A stretch of DNA of 64,000 nucleotides, taken from assembly GCF_036321535.1 (NCBI RefSeq), contig NC_087437.1, positions 33,854,001 through 33,918,000 on the forward strand, read 5' to 3'. The DNA comes from Camelus dromedarius. Lineage: Eukaryota. The notes under the pieces are model-generated. The model was not told where the DNA came from. It made no database searches and worked only from the letters and a program-made list of their open reading frames with translations. The position numbers and the translations under genes were made by a program. Of this stretch, positions 34,866-46,600 are shown one piece after another; the first letter of the stretch is position 1, and each line of letters begins with the position of its first letter.

Positions 34866-35850
34866 AAAGGGAACCCTTGTGCGCTCTTGGTGGGAATGTA
34901 AAGCAGTGCAGTCATTGTAGAAAACAGTATGGGGGTTCCTTGAAAAATTAAAAGTAGAATTACCATATGATCCAGCAATCCTACCTCCAGGTATATATCC
35001 AGAAGAATAGAAGTCAAGACCTCAAAGAGGTATCTGTCCTCCCACGTTCGTTGCAGCATTATTCACAGTAGTCGAGGTATGGAAATCACCTAAGTGTCCA
35101 TCAGTGGATGAACAGATAAAGAAGATGTGGTATATAAACATAATGGGTATTATTCAGCCCTGAGAAAGAAGAAAATTCTGCCGTTTGCGACAATATGTAT
35201 GGACCTTGAGGGCATTATGCTAAGTGAAATGAGCTGAACAGACAAAGACAAATACTACACAGTATCATTTATACGTGGAATCTAAAAAAAAAAAAAATCA
35301 AACTCGTAAAAACAGAGTAAAAAGGTGAAGAGGGGAGGGTATAACTCAATGGTAGAATGTGTGCACGTAGCATGCACGAGGTCCTGGGTTCAATCTCCAG
35401 GACCTCCATTAAAAAAAATAATAAATCTAACTACCTCCCCTACCCCGCCCCAATTTTTTTTTTTTAAAGTGGTTGCCAGGGCCTGGGGCCTGGAGGGAAA
35501 TAAAAGAGAGTTTAGTAAAAGGGTATAAACTTTCAGCTGTGGAAGGCTAAGGTCTGAGGAGCTAATGCATAACATGGTGACTGTAGTTGATGACACTGTA
35601 TCGTATAATTGAAATTCGCTAAGAGAATAGAACTTTAATGTTCTCATCCCCCTCCCCCAAAAAGATGATAAATACGTGAGGTGATGGATGTATTAATTAA
35701 CTAGTTGGGGGAATCCTTTCACAATGTGTATGCATATCAGATCACCACCATATACACTTTAAAAATCTTACAATTTTGTCAATTATACTTCAGTAAGGGT
35801 CAAAATAAAGATTTTTAAATAAAAAATAAATTAAAATTAAAATTAAAAAA
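34866..35850 (+). mobile_element. Older L1 (L1MA-like) 3' fragment, interrupted by a SINE
   Basis: aagggaacccttgtgcgctcttggtgggaatgtaaa...accatatgatccagcaatcc...cctaagtgtccatcagtggatgaa...gtgaggtgatggatgtattaattaac...aattatacttcagtaa plus A-rich tail. Confidence 0.92.
35332..35467 (+). mobile_element. tRNA-Ala-derived SINE (Vic-1-like) nested in L1
   Basis: ggggagggtataactcaatggtaga...gaggtcctgggttcaatctccaggacctccatt...ctaactacctcccc. The host L1 resumes at gtggttgccaggg. Confidence 0.9.
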
Positions 35851-36453
35851 TGAGGTCCCACATTTGTAAAATTCCCTCTAGCCCCTGCCTTGTCGTCTCT
35901 GGAGAGGGTAGCCCAGGATGAAAGGAGTTTCCTTTCAGTTGACAGATCACACGTACAAGTGCCCCAAAGTGAGGCTCTGGAGAAGGGAGCAGTGGGGAAT
36001 GCCAATGTGCGGTTTGAAAAGTTATCACATCCTTCTCAGCATCCCCAGGCTCTGCTGGAACCTTCTTTCCTTGCTAGTGAGAAAACAGGCTCTGTGAAGG
36101 GGCAGGCATTTCCAATTAGTGCCTGAAATAAAGCCAGAAGAAACTTGAGGGAGGTGGTGAGATGATGGATTGCCTGCTCAGTTTAGCATCTCCCTGGGCC
36201 ACTCTCCTCCTCTCCTGCCTCCCCGCCTCCCCACTATTGCACAGAGGGAGGAGCGGGGAGCTTTCCTCATCACCCACATTTCCTGGGACTTTAACCCAAA
36301 GCAGGGAGGAATAGCTTTGCCTGGGAAGAACAACAGGAACAATGGAATACCTTCCAACTATACAGCCACCTCCTCTTTCAACAGCTCCAATCCCAGTCAG
36401 TCGGTAGTTAGTTGATGAAAAGCAGAGAATGATATAAGCCCAGTTAAACTCTT

Positions 36454-36572
36454 TGAGCTGCCAGGCATAGATGTGCAGGTTGCACACTGAGCAACTCCAT
36501 AGATTACAATGTGAATGGCCTCCCCTGGCACTGTGCAGTGCCTGATCTGCACAGCCATATGCGGCAGCCCTA
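36454..36572. mobile_element. MER91-like palindromic MITE (hAT-Tip100)
   Basis: Self-complementary arms gctgcc...tgtgcaggttgcacactg / cagtgcctgatctgcacagcc...ggcagccct, with internal tgtgaatggcctcccctgg. Confidence 0.75.
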
Positions 36573-37154
36573 CCAACTACCCCGAGACTTTGCCAAGGCA
36601 AATAGTAAAGCATAATACTATACTTTCTTTTTTCAAGGCAAAACAGGAGTGGAAAATCCTGTTGTACATACTTTTCTATAATATTGTCAAGTCTTCTAAG
36701 TAATTCAGATGCTCAAGACAGTTAGGTATCTTTCTGAAAGAATAGAATGCTAATTTGTTTATTTCCTTCCTTGTTACAAATTTACATGTACATCTGTTCA
36801 CAAATATACATGTACATATGTTCACATAAACTGAAGTGAAAGAACAAAGCAGTGAAAAAGAGAAAGGATTTATGCCACTGTAGAATTAGCACACTTGCTA
36901 TAGATGTTATTATTTCAATTTAATTGTGAGCCTCCTAGAAGCCAAGGCAAAATAGATAATTACAATTGTATTATTCTTAGCTGGTGGATAAATTATACCA
37001 AAAGGAGAAAGTTTTAGGAGAAAAACTTCTTTTCCTGAACCTCCATCCTTAAAGAGATGTATCACGACGAAGCTGATTAATTTGCCCATCGTGGCCAGGC
37101 AGCAATGGTGAGCCTGGGGTGGGAGGGCAGAGCCACATACAACCAAACCTACAT

Positions 37155-37380
37155 GATGTAGTGGTCAAACTCGCAGACATGGACGCCAGCTGACCAGGTT
37201 CAAATGCCAGCTGACCTTGGGCCATGCACTTACCATAGCTCCAGTTTCCTTGTCTGTAAAATGGGAGTAAAATTTACCCACCATGATCTACTGTGAGAGT
37301 ATGTGGAATAAGGCGATGGCATGCTTACTTAGCACAGCGGCTGGTTCACAGTAAGCCCTCAATACGTTAGTTCTTATTAC
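37155..37380 (+). mobile_element. MIR SINE
   Basis: tgaccttgggccatgcacttacc...cagtttccttgtctgtaaaatgggag...ttagcacagcggctggttcacagtaagccctcaatacgttag. Confidence 0.85.
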
Positions 37381-38007
37381 TGAAGCCCAGGAGGGGAGCT
37401 GGAGCTTGTGACTAGGATCAAATACCAGAGTTACACCTGAGATGCCCAAGAAGGATGCATGAGGAAACGGGTTAGGGAAGCCAGGGTGAGGAAGCCTTCT
37501 GGAGAAATCCTGAAAAGTGTCTAGCTTCTGTGTTCTCAACCTGTCACAAGTCCCAGGTACCCAGGCAAGCATTTGCTTTTCTTTAAAACATCACTCTCTA
37601 CAACAAGCAGATGATATTGTAAAGAAATAGCTGTTAGATTGATAACAGTCTTGCTGCAAATGCAAAGGGACCTGTACATATGGTGGGTTCCTGAGTCACC
37701 CTTCCATGGATGGTCAAGGCAGCCAGAGCTCTGGCAAGGCTGGAGCCTCAGGCCACAGACCCGTGTGTGTGTGTGGTAGGTGGTGGGGGGAGGGGAGGGA
37801 TGGGCCGGCACAGGTAGTGGGCGTGGGATACACAGGAACCAGAGTCATAATCATGAGTCAGTTGGCCTCCGGAAGGAAATTTGAAATGTTGAGTTTCAGA
37901 GGCAGGCAAAAAGCCACAGTGACCTTCAAAATGATGGGTCTGTCATGGGATCTGGCTAGAAGAAGAGAAGAGTGGGGAAGTCAGAGGACTCCCGGAAAGC
38001 ATGGAAA

Positions 38008-38210
38008 GCTGTGCTTTTCCAACTTTTTGGACCATGACCTGACCCACAGAGAGAAGTGGATTTTCCATCACATCCCAGTACACACAGACACGTGTAACTG
38101 ATCAAAGTTTCACAGAACAGTTGGTTCTTTTACCATGTATGTTGCACTCTGGTATTATCACTTCCATTTTCCTTCTTTTTTTTAAATGCTATTTTATTTC
38201 AGTTTCCAAA
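38008..38210 (+). mobile_element. hAT-Charlie non-autonomous fragment
   Basis: gtgcttttccaactttttggaccatgacc...cccagtacacac...aactgatcaaagtttcacagaacag...tgttgcactctggtatt. Confidence 0.55.
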
Positions 38211-38419
38211 ATATTGCTTTAGGGAAAAAGATGGAGAAAGGCCCTTTTGGGGGACCTTGGGTCCAAGATGGTGAGAGAGAAGGTTCATCAGAACAGATGC
38301 TCAGGAAGGACAAAGGGCCTCACACTGCAGTGTGGCCACAAATGTTGGGCTGCAGAGGGGAAATCAGTGAGACCTACTAGCCTAGATCTTCTTTGAATCC
38401 CTCATGCCTTTCACACAGT

Positions 38420-38920
38420 AGACTGGATAAAGATGTGGTATATATACATGATGGAATACTACTCAGCCATAAAAAGAATGAAGTAATGCCATTTTCAGCA
38501 ACATGGATGGACCTAGAGATTATCATATTGAGTAAAATAAGTCAGATAGAGAAAAACAAATATATGATATCACTTGTATGTGAACTCTAAAAAAAAAAAG
38601 ATACAAATTCTATTTACAAACCAAAAACAGACTCACTGACATAGAAAACGAACTACGGTTACCAAAGGGGAAAAGGCAAGGAGGGATAAATTAGGGGTTG
38701 AGGAATAACAGACACCCATTACTATGTATAAAGTAGATAAACAACAAGTACCTACTATAGAGCACAGGAAACTATATTCAATTTCTTGTAATAACATATA
38801 CTGGAAAAGAATCTGAAAAGAAAAAATATATATGTATATGTATGTGCAAGTAACTGTATCACTTTCCTCTACACCTGAAACTAACATTGTAAATCAACTA
38901 TACTTCAGTTAAAAAAAAAG
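38420..38920 (+). mobile_element. Young L1 3' fragment
   Basis: actggataaagatgtggtatatatac...gcaacatggatggacctagagattatc...aaatcaactatacttcagttaaaaaaaaa. No clean TSD seen. Confidence 0.92.
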
Positions 38921-41475
38921 TTTTAAATTATTTTAACCAAACTTGATCTACCTTAACTGAAAGTAGCTGCCTCAGGTATACAGCTTCTCATGACCTGACT
39001 TGATAGCTGGATGGGACTTGGACCAGCTGGAGGAGTGGATGGACAGTGTGTCCCATTCTCTTCCTTAAATGAGCCCTTTCTCACCTGAGCTGGCACAGGT
39101 GCCTTGAAAGAGAGATGTTGAGTTTGCACCTGACAGCTCCTCCTTTGGTAGGGCCTGGAGCACTGGTCCTCTCTGAAGACGGCCTCCTCGGGGCATTCAA
39201 AGCCCAGCAGCTCCCATCAGCTGGGAAGAGCTGAGCAGCTATTTTAAATAGTTCAGGCTGCGAAATGAATTGTCCTGAAATGTCTTCCCTTCGACTCCTC
39301 CACTTCCTCTTTCTGCAGCAGGGAACTTCTTTCTTCCTTTTCCTCCCCCTGTGGTATTCGACTTCGCAAATTAAAAAGTTACAGTGCTTTTTTTTTTTTT
39401 TTTTCTTACAAGCAAGCCAGTGCTCTGGCTGTTCCAGGATGCTAATGCTTCCATAAGAGGAAAAAATAGCATTTATGAGACCCTAGGTTCTACCCCGGCA
39501 TGTGTAGTTTCCATTCCGAGCAGGCCAGTGCCGGTTCCTCCCTCAGGCCTTTTCCTGGGTGCTCCCAGAGGACCTGAGCTTTAATGCTCCCATGGGAGGA
39601 CGGCCGCGGGAGACCTGCGTTCTCACTGAAGGGTGCTGTGAGGGCAACTGCGCCTGAACTCCAGCTTCACCCCCTGGGGCAAGCGACTCAGCTTTCTGAC
39701 ATTTCATTGCCTCTTCGGGGAAGCCAGGATAATAATCAGTATCTTGCAGAGTTGTTATAAAAGTAAGGAGCAATGTACGTAAAACAGGGCAGAGAGCAAG
39801 CCACGTGGAAATGCTGAAAAGCAGTTGTAATAGAATAGCAGCCGCAGTTGTGCTGTCATTTTTGTCATCATCACAGTTAAAACAAGCGTCATCTTAGGTG
39901 GACCCAGAGAGAGCTAGGCTCATTTTGACTGAAACCAAACAAGCAATGGAGCATTACCACTGTCACCACAGTTCAGTACTTATGAGGCAGCTTCTGCTCA
40001 TGTCACTGTGTAAAGAGCATTAGACCCAGTGCCTGTCCAGTAGGAAGGTCTGTGGTGGACGACATGTGTGAAGGGATGGCATTCTACATCACGGTGCGAA
40101 ATGAGTAGATCCCAGGAAGCAGGAAGTAGGTGACTGGCCTCCTTGCTATAGAAGGATGTTATGTTTATGCACAGATCTTTTCTGTTCTACCAGATTAAGA
40201 GCCCTCCATCCCACCTTAGGTCAAAGACTCTGTCTCATTTGCTTTCAGAGTCTCCCCAGCCCCTCACCTTGCTCTGTTCCCTGCACATGGCAGGCATTTC
40301 GCAGCGCTTTGTCAGGTGGGTAAATACAAGCATTAATCCTCTGACCCTGCATCAGATGCCCGGGCTATGTTTGGTGCATTTGTGGTGATTGAGGTTAAAG
40401 AGCAAATGCTGAGACCCTTTTTGGAGGAAACTCACTGCATTATGTCCTCGAGCCCTGAGGGGAAGCAGTGGGTGAATCTTTTCAAGTCAGAGTCTGCAGG
40501 AGGCACGTGGGAGGAGGCTGGTGCCTGGGCCTGTCATCAGTGAACCTGTGTGAGTCAGTGTCTATTGTGGGCAACGAGCTCCTTGGCAAGGGGCTCTCTG
40601 GGGAAGAGAGATTCATCAAGCCACAAATTCCGAACAGCTAAAGAAGCATTCACCTTGAGGGAGGATGTTGACCAAACTCAAAGAAAATGATCTGATGTAG
40701 GGGAAGTTTGTATCTGGAAAAGACACTGTGCTCTGCTTGAGGGCAAAATCTTGGTTCTATAGTGCATCTGTTTGCTTTTCAGCTTGATTAGAACATAACA
40801 TTCAAAGTATTAAAATTATTAGGTCTGCTTAAGTTAAGCAGCAGAAACAAACCCAGGACAAGGACAAACTCAAATGGCTTCTTCTCATTCATTTTCAGCA
40901 TGGTCAAAGTTAGAGCTCAGAGCCAATGTCTAGTTGTCCACATCTTTCAACTAATCACACATGGAAGAGCACCTTCATGGCTCTTTTACTAAACATACCA
41001 ATGTGCAGTTAGATTCAAACAGCCCAGAAAATTTTCTGAACTGAAGAGAGACCAGCCAGGGTAAGGTGAATGCTTCCTTTGGCTGTCCAGAAATCAATCA
41101 GATGGTTGATAAAAACTCATCATGAACTACATTTTTGTCATTTTAGGGTGACCTTTTATGTTTGTTTCACAATTTAATATTTCTTAAATCAGTTTAGGTT
41201 GGATATTTTATATGTACAACTAATGTGTTTATTTTTCTTGGAAAAAAAATAGAAGCTGCCACTAAGCCAATGGAGTGTCATGTTTGATGTTATCTTAGGA
41301 TTAAAGAAATAGGATGCTTCACTGTTTTTGTCTAAGAACTTTCAGCACAGCACCTTGTGCAACAGCCCTTGAGTTACAAGCCCCCTTCTAAATAGCCCCA
41401 TCTTCCCTTCGGCCCTGAGTAATGTGGAGATGGCTTATCTCAAAGGTGTATCAGGACAGCAGGGTCACTGCTGCC

Positions 41476-41653
41476 CAGGACCATCTATCTAATTTGTGGC
41501 TATAGATGCAAAATGAAAATATGGCGACTATCATTCAGAAGTTATTAAGAATTTCAACAGAGTGACAGCAGAGCATTAAGCCAAGGGTGAGCCTTTCGGA
41601 GCGTAGGGTGCTGTGCAGAAACTCAACGCACTGCTGGCCAAAGGAGCAGCTTG
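41476..41653 (-). mobile_element. MER45A-like (hAT-Tip100 MITE)
   Basis: caggacc...taatttgtgg...tgcaaaatgaaaatatgg...ttattaagaatttcaacagagtgacagcagagcattaagccaag matches the reverse of MER45A. Confidence 0.85.
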
Positions 41654-43116
41654 TGCTGAGCCTCAAACCCCATACAAGTCCTCATGCCACCCAGAGGCCC
41701 TCCCTCACTGACACACCAAGCTTTCCCCAGTCTCCTTCCCACGGCTACGTCCCGCCACACCGTCTTGCACAACCTATTAATTCCACACATGCCCGATTCA
41801 CCCATTTGTCCCGAAGAAGGGTGATGAGAGTCCACAGGCAGAGCGAAGCCCGGGGAGCCCTCCCAGCGTGGATCTGGGCACCACGCCCCCCACCCCGGGC
41901 CCCGGCCACTTTGGGCTGCTTCTCCTCACTGATTTCTCTTTTCGTTCCCCTTTTTCCTCCTTCTTACCTGTCTAGGTGTCCTCTGCTTTAGAGTTAGCAT
42001 CCCTGCCCTACTCTCCCAGGCCCTTCTTTCTCTCCATCTCATGGTCAAATCATTTTATTCTACAAACTAACCCACAATAGTAAACTCAATAAAGATTTTC
42101 GGCATGAGTAATTGACCTGTAAGCCAGAATTCTTTTCTATGTGAACCATAAGCACAGTCCAGGATATTATCAAGTCATTAGACCGACTTCTGAGCCAGCC
42201 CTCATTTATTTGGAGCATGGTGCTGAAGCCTGAGCTTTCTTCTGTTGGTCTTGGACTTAAATTTCTCCCCCTGAAATGATTACTACTAAGTCATTGCCTT
42301 AACTCAAACTAACTAGTTCATAAACACATTTTTTTTTTCTGGGACTGTGACTTTGAAATAGAAAACATTTTCAAAATCAATGGCTTTTTAGGAAAGAGAG
42401 TGTTAAGGAGCCAAGAGTCTGAGATTTGCAAAAAGACAATTTTGAACTGATTCCATTTTCCCAACAGGCTCCATTCGCTCCCCTGGGAGCGGGTGGCAGA
42501 GGGGGTGACAGGCAGCTCCACGCCAGGAGAGTACCTGGTACCCAAAAGGATGTGTGATCCTATCAACTAATTGGTTGGCTTCATGAAAATTATTCGAAAC
42601 AATCCTTTTTTGACAGCTCAAGCTTGACCAGGTACATTCCATAGTTGAAGATAATTGGAACCGTAGTTGTCACTAAAATCTAATATCTCACAAGGACTCC
42701 GGAGTTGAACTTTGAAAAATTATTAGCCATTGCAGAATTCCCTCATGCTGCTGCAGTGGCAGAATTTCCTTTTCTGAATCTATTTTATGATATGCTGAGT
42801 CTGCAGGCATATCATTCCTCACAAGGCTGTGGAGATGATTAAATGGGCAAATGTGTATAAAGTGCTTGGCACACTTCTTGAAACATAGTAAGCACTCAAT
42901 AAATGTTAGCTGTTATTGTTATCTGCTCCTTTATTTTGAAATGACATTAATTGCTGTGACAACCAGAGTACGTAGACTCTTTCTGTTGCCGTGCAAGGCA
43001 GTGTCTTCACGTGAGGGCTGATATTACATGTTAATTTTGTTTCTAGCTGAGGAAAAAGTTGGCTCTGAAGACAGACAGGTTTGAATTCAAAGTCCAGGTT
43101 AGCCAGTTACTCTGAA

Positions 43117-43339
43117 CAGTGGTTCGTAACCAGGGGCCGTCTTACCCACCAGGGGACACTTGGCAATGTCTGGAGACATATTTAGTTGTCACGACCCAGG
43201 GAGGTGCTACTGACATTTCTTAGATAGAGGCCAAGGATGTTTCTAAACAACCTAAAAGGAACAGGACATGTTCCTCCCCACCCCCAGCAAAAAATTATCT
43301 GGTCCCAGATGCCAGGAGTTCCAAGGCGGAGAAACTCTG
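43117..43339 (+). mobile_element. MER20 (hAT-Charlie MITE)
   Basis: cagtggttcgtaaccagggg...ccaggggacacttggcaatgtctggagacatatttagttgtcac...tagaggccaaggatg...aattatctggtccc...gagaaactctg. Confidence 0.92.
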
Positions 43340-43480
43340 CTCTGTGAGAGATCTTGGTGGGATATGTAATCTCACTGGGCCTTGGTTTCCTCATCGTCAG
43401 GAAGGAAAAGAAATAGCATCCTACTTGCAAGGTTGCTATCAATAATAGAAATAAATATAAATGTATAAATGAAAAGTGCA

Positions 43481-43616
43481 GGGGGGAGGGTCTAACTCAG
43501 TGGCAGAGTGCATGCTTAGCATGCCCGTGGTCCTGGGTTCAATCCCCAGGACCCCATTAAATACATTGAACAAATATATAAAAATAAGCCTAATTACCTC
43601 CTCCCACACACACAAA
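43481..43616 (+). mobile_element. tRNA-Ala-derived SINE (Vic-1-like)
   Basis: ggggagggtctaactcagtggcagagtgcatgcttagcatgc...tcctgggttcaatcccc...cctaattacctcc. TSD aaaagtgca at 43472-43480 and 43617-43625. Confidence 0.92.
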
Positions 43617-46600
43617 AAAAGTGCATAGTGGGATCCCTGGCACATAGTCACCCTGGCCTTGCCACCAGCGGTCACAGACGTGTTGGTGAGGCCTGTCAGT
43701 TCCTATACAACACGTGGAGAGTTCATTCTCCATTAACACCAGGGGAAAGAGAGAGAGAGAAACCATTTAGGCTTTTTTTATTACCAGGAGAAGAAAAATG
43801 GAAAAAGAATCTGCTCTTCTCCTTTTGTTTCTCATCTGAGCTGTTTAGAAGTGTCTGAAACACTCCTCTGTGCTCACTGTTTCCATCCCTTCTCGAACAC
43901 ACAGAAATCCAAGTTGCCCAGCCATGTGGACCTGAAACAATTTTTCTGTTCCCTTGTTTACTCAGTTGTCAATGACACTGTGTCTCTCTCTGTCTTAGTT
44001 AAGGTAATGCCTTCAGAGAGAAGACGGTCTGTTTGAGAGCATGTGTCTGGGCATTAATAAGGCACAAGGTCTCCGCTGAGCCTCCGTGGGCGGCCTGCCT
44101 GTTTCTGCCCCCATTCCCGTCCCAGGACTTCAGCCGGAACGCACTGTGTCCCCACCACCACCTCCTCCTGACCAGCAGACCTCGTGGGGCTTCTCGATCC
44201 TTCCATAGACTACTTTCTAACTTGAGGACGCAGATAGCAGAATTGCTTTCTATTTTATTGATGAAATGCATCAGAAGGGCAGCGCTAAGGCCGATTTGGC
44301 AATTATTCACCTGATTCCGGATCTCTTGCTAGTGATGTCAGGCAGCTGTGGGGTCTGGAAGGAAAGAACTTCAGAAAGGTCTCACGTGGGCCACTAAACA
44401 GGCCATGTGGGCAGGGTTTTCCTCTGGGAGGCAAGTGAACCTTACGGCAAATCCTTCTAGATCCCCAAAGAGAACAAGTTATACCTTGAGAGGTGCATAA
44501 GCCAGTTTGGCCTTTATCAAAAGGGAGAGCTGAGAGAGAAAGTTACTTACCCTCTAATACGCTGTTTCCCACCAGGAAATGGCTTTATAATACAAGAGGC
44601 ATCACGCTCAGGCCTCATTCAGCACTCACTCGATGAAGGAATGCTAACCCAGTGCCAAGCGTGCTCAGGGCGCTGTGCTGGGCAGAAGATACGACCGTGA
44701 ACAAGCCATGTCCTGCTGGCAGGATGCGTGGAGTGAGCTGCTCGCTGCTCCTGAAGTTCCTACTACCCTGGTGCCTGGGACCGAGAAATTATTTGCTGAG
44801 TCCTTTCCATGTTGCTGATGCAACATTACCTGAAATATCCTGTTTATTACCTATTTTGATCATAACGCTTCCTTGCTCCTTCAAAGTCTGTTCCACATCT
44901 GTCGCCTCTGCGAAACCCGTGCCAGGTCATCAGTGTGCTCTGCGCTCCCACCACCTGCACTCTCTTCATCAGCCCCTTGCCGTCCCCTTCATGTACCTAT
45001 GAGGTGTAATCTTCAAATCTATGTGTAATGCAGCCTCCTTATGTCATGATTCAGGCACAAGGCATAACCATGCACCTCTCATAAACTGGGCCTGGAAGGG
45101 TGAGAGAGAGGCATGGAGTTAAGATGCTCACTGGCTGGGGAGGTCCTCAGAGGAAGGGCCCAGCTGTAGGTGGTGCCCCTGAGAGGGCAGCAGGGCAGCC
45201 CGGGCAGAGCCACAGGCCTACTTCCCGGTGCCTATTCTTAGCATATCCCACAGGTGAGCCACACACAAGAACTAGGAATCCTTTCACAGTCAAGGCCAAA
45301 CAATAGCAGTTCTCTTTGGAGGAGACCTGTCCATGCATAGCAGGACCTGGTCCATTGCCCTTAAGTATCGGGTCAGGATTCCAACCTCCAGAAAGGATTG
45401 GGAAGAGCTATCTAGAAAAATTGATTTGAATTGAAAGCAGGATAAAGACGGGGGAATGATGCATTTAAAGCCAGGCCACTGATCAGTAAATAAGAACCTA
45501 GGAAAGAACTCAATTCCAAAGGCTGAGCAGATTCCAGTGAGGATATGCCTGAGAGGTGCCTGGGCCCCCCGGGGTGCCCCCGGGTCTCCTTGGCAGTGGT
45601 AACTCAGGAGGAAGTAGCAGTAGGGATCAGGAGAGACAAGGAGGAACACACCGTGTGGGAGCAAGTTTGGAAGTGGCTTTTTCTCAACAGCATCCGGAGG
45701 GAAGAGGAGCCCAGAACAGAGCCCCGGCTGCAGACATGGGTTGTGCTTTAGGAGGTCTATGCTGTAAAGCCAAAGCTTAAGCTTCAGGGCTTAAGAAGGG
45801 CAGAAGTTGAGCTGGAGGAAGTAGCAGAGAGGCAGCTGATCTGTACGTCTTCAGATGTGCAGAGGCACGAATATTGAATATGTTGGCCTGACGTGCTTCT
45901 ATGTCTCCTTTCCAAGACTGAAAAACTTAAGATAGCAGGGCATAGCTTCTCTGTGCTCTGCAAAATCCCAGGTTTGTTACAGCCAATGATAACGGTGAGG
46001 AAGAAAATGGCGTATATTAAATTACACAGTCTGTGTAGGTTAAGGAAAAGCACGACTACAGACATATTTCAGTGCTTCCCTGAATCCCTCGTTTATATGA
46101 ATGTAGCAGAGGATGAGCCACCCCAGCTATGCACGGTGAGTACGTTAGCTTGAACGTATGTCAAATTATGGTCTTTGTTTCTCACACTCTGACAATTGTT
46201 ACCCGAAATAAAAGAGACACATTGTGCATCACTATGAAATCTCTTTTGGGGACTGTCTCACCAAAGGCTGGGGAACTGCCCTTGAGCCTGCATGAACTTG
46301 GTCTACACCTTGGGTCTGGACAGGACTATGTCTGGATCGCTCTGCTGACAGCAGCTCAGGAACACTGACAGCCCTAAACAACCTCCCTTCTTAGCTAGTG
46401 CCAGTTTTACTTTCACAAAACCCTCCCCAGCACACCCGCAAGGAAGGAGAAATTCCTCCTACTTGGAAATGAAAACCTATGCAAAGAGCAGTAAGGCCTG
46501 CTCTCTGTTGCCCTGATGGGAAGCTTGGAGTCAGGTGTGGCTTCAGAAGGGGGAGTTAATATTGGCATGCAGAATCCAGGTGTTTCTGTGCATGTGGAGG

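Larger units (their letters stand above)
43055..43650 (+). mobile_element. MIR SINE hosting MER20 and Vic-1-like insertions
   Basis: ggctctgaagacagacaggtttgaattc...[MER20]...ctgggccttggtttcctcatcgt...cctacttgcaaggttgct...aaagtgca[SINE]tagtgggatccctggcacatagt. Confidence 0.75.

Noticed and set aside
36116..36613. Longest ORF in the track (165 aa, minus strand)
   Set aside because: Runs through a MER91-like MITE, has no recognisable domain and no supporting exon structure.
36783..36826. 20-bp direct repeat tacatgtacat(c/a)tgttcaca, two copies
   Set aside because: Ordinary local tandem duplication; only two units and no spacer array, so not CRISPR-like.
37185..37216. 11-bp direct repeat gccagctgacc within a MIR
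   Set aside because: Small slippage or rearrangement in a decayed SINE; no evidence of function.
38420..39100. Possible second 3' transduction after the TSD-less L1
   Set aside because: No second poly(A) tail and no convincing downstream TSD found.
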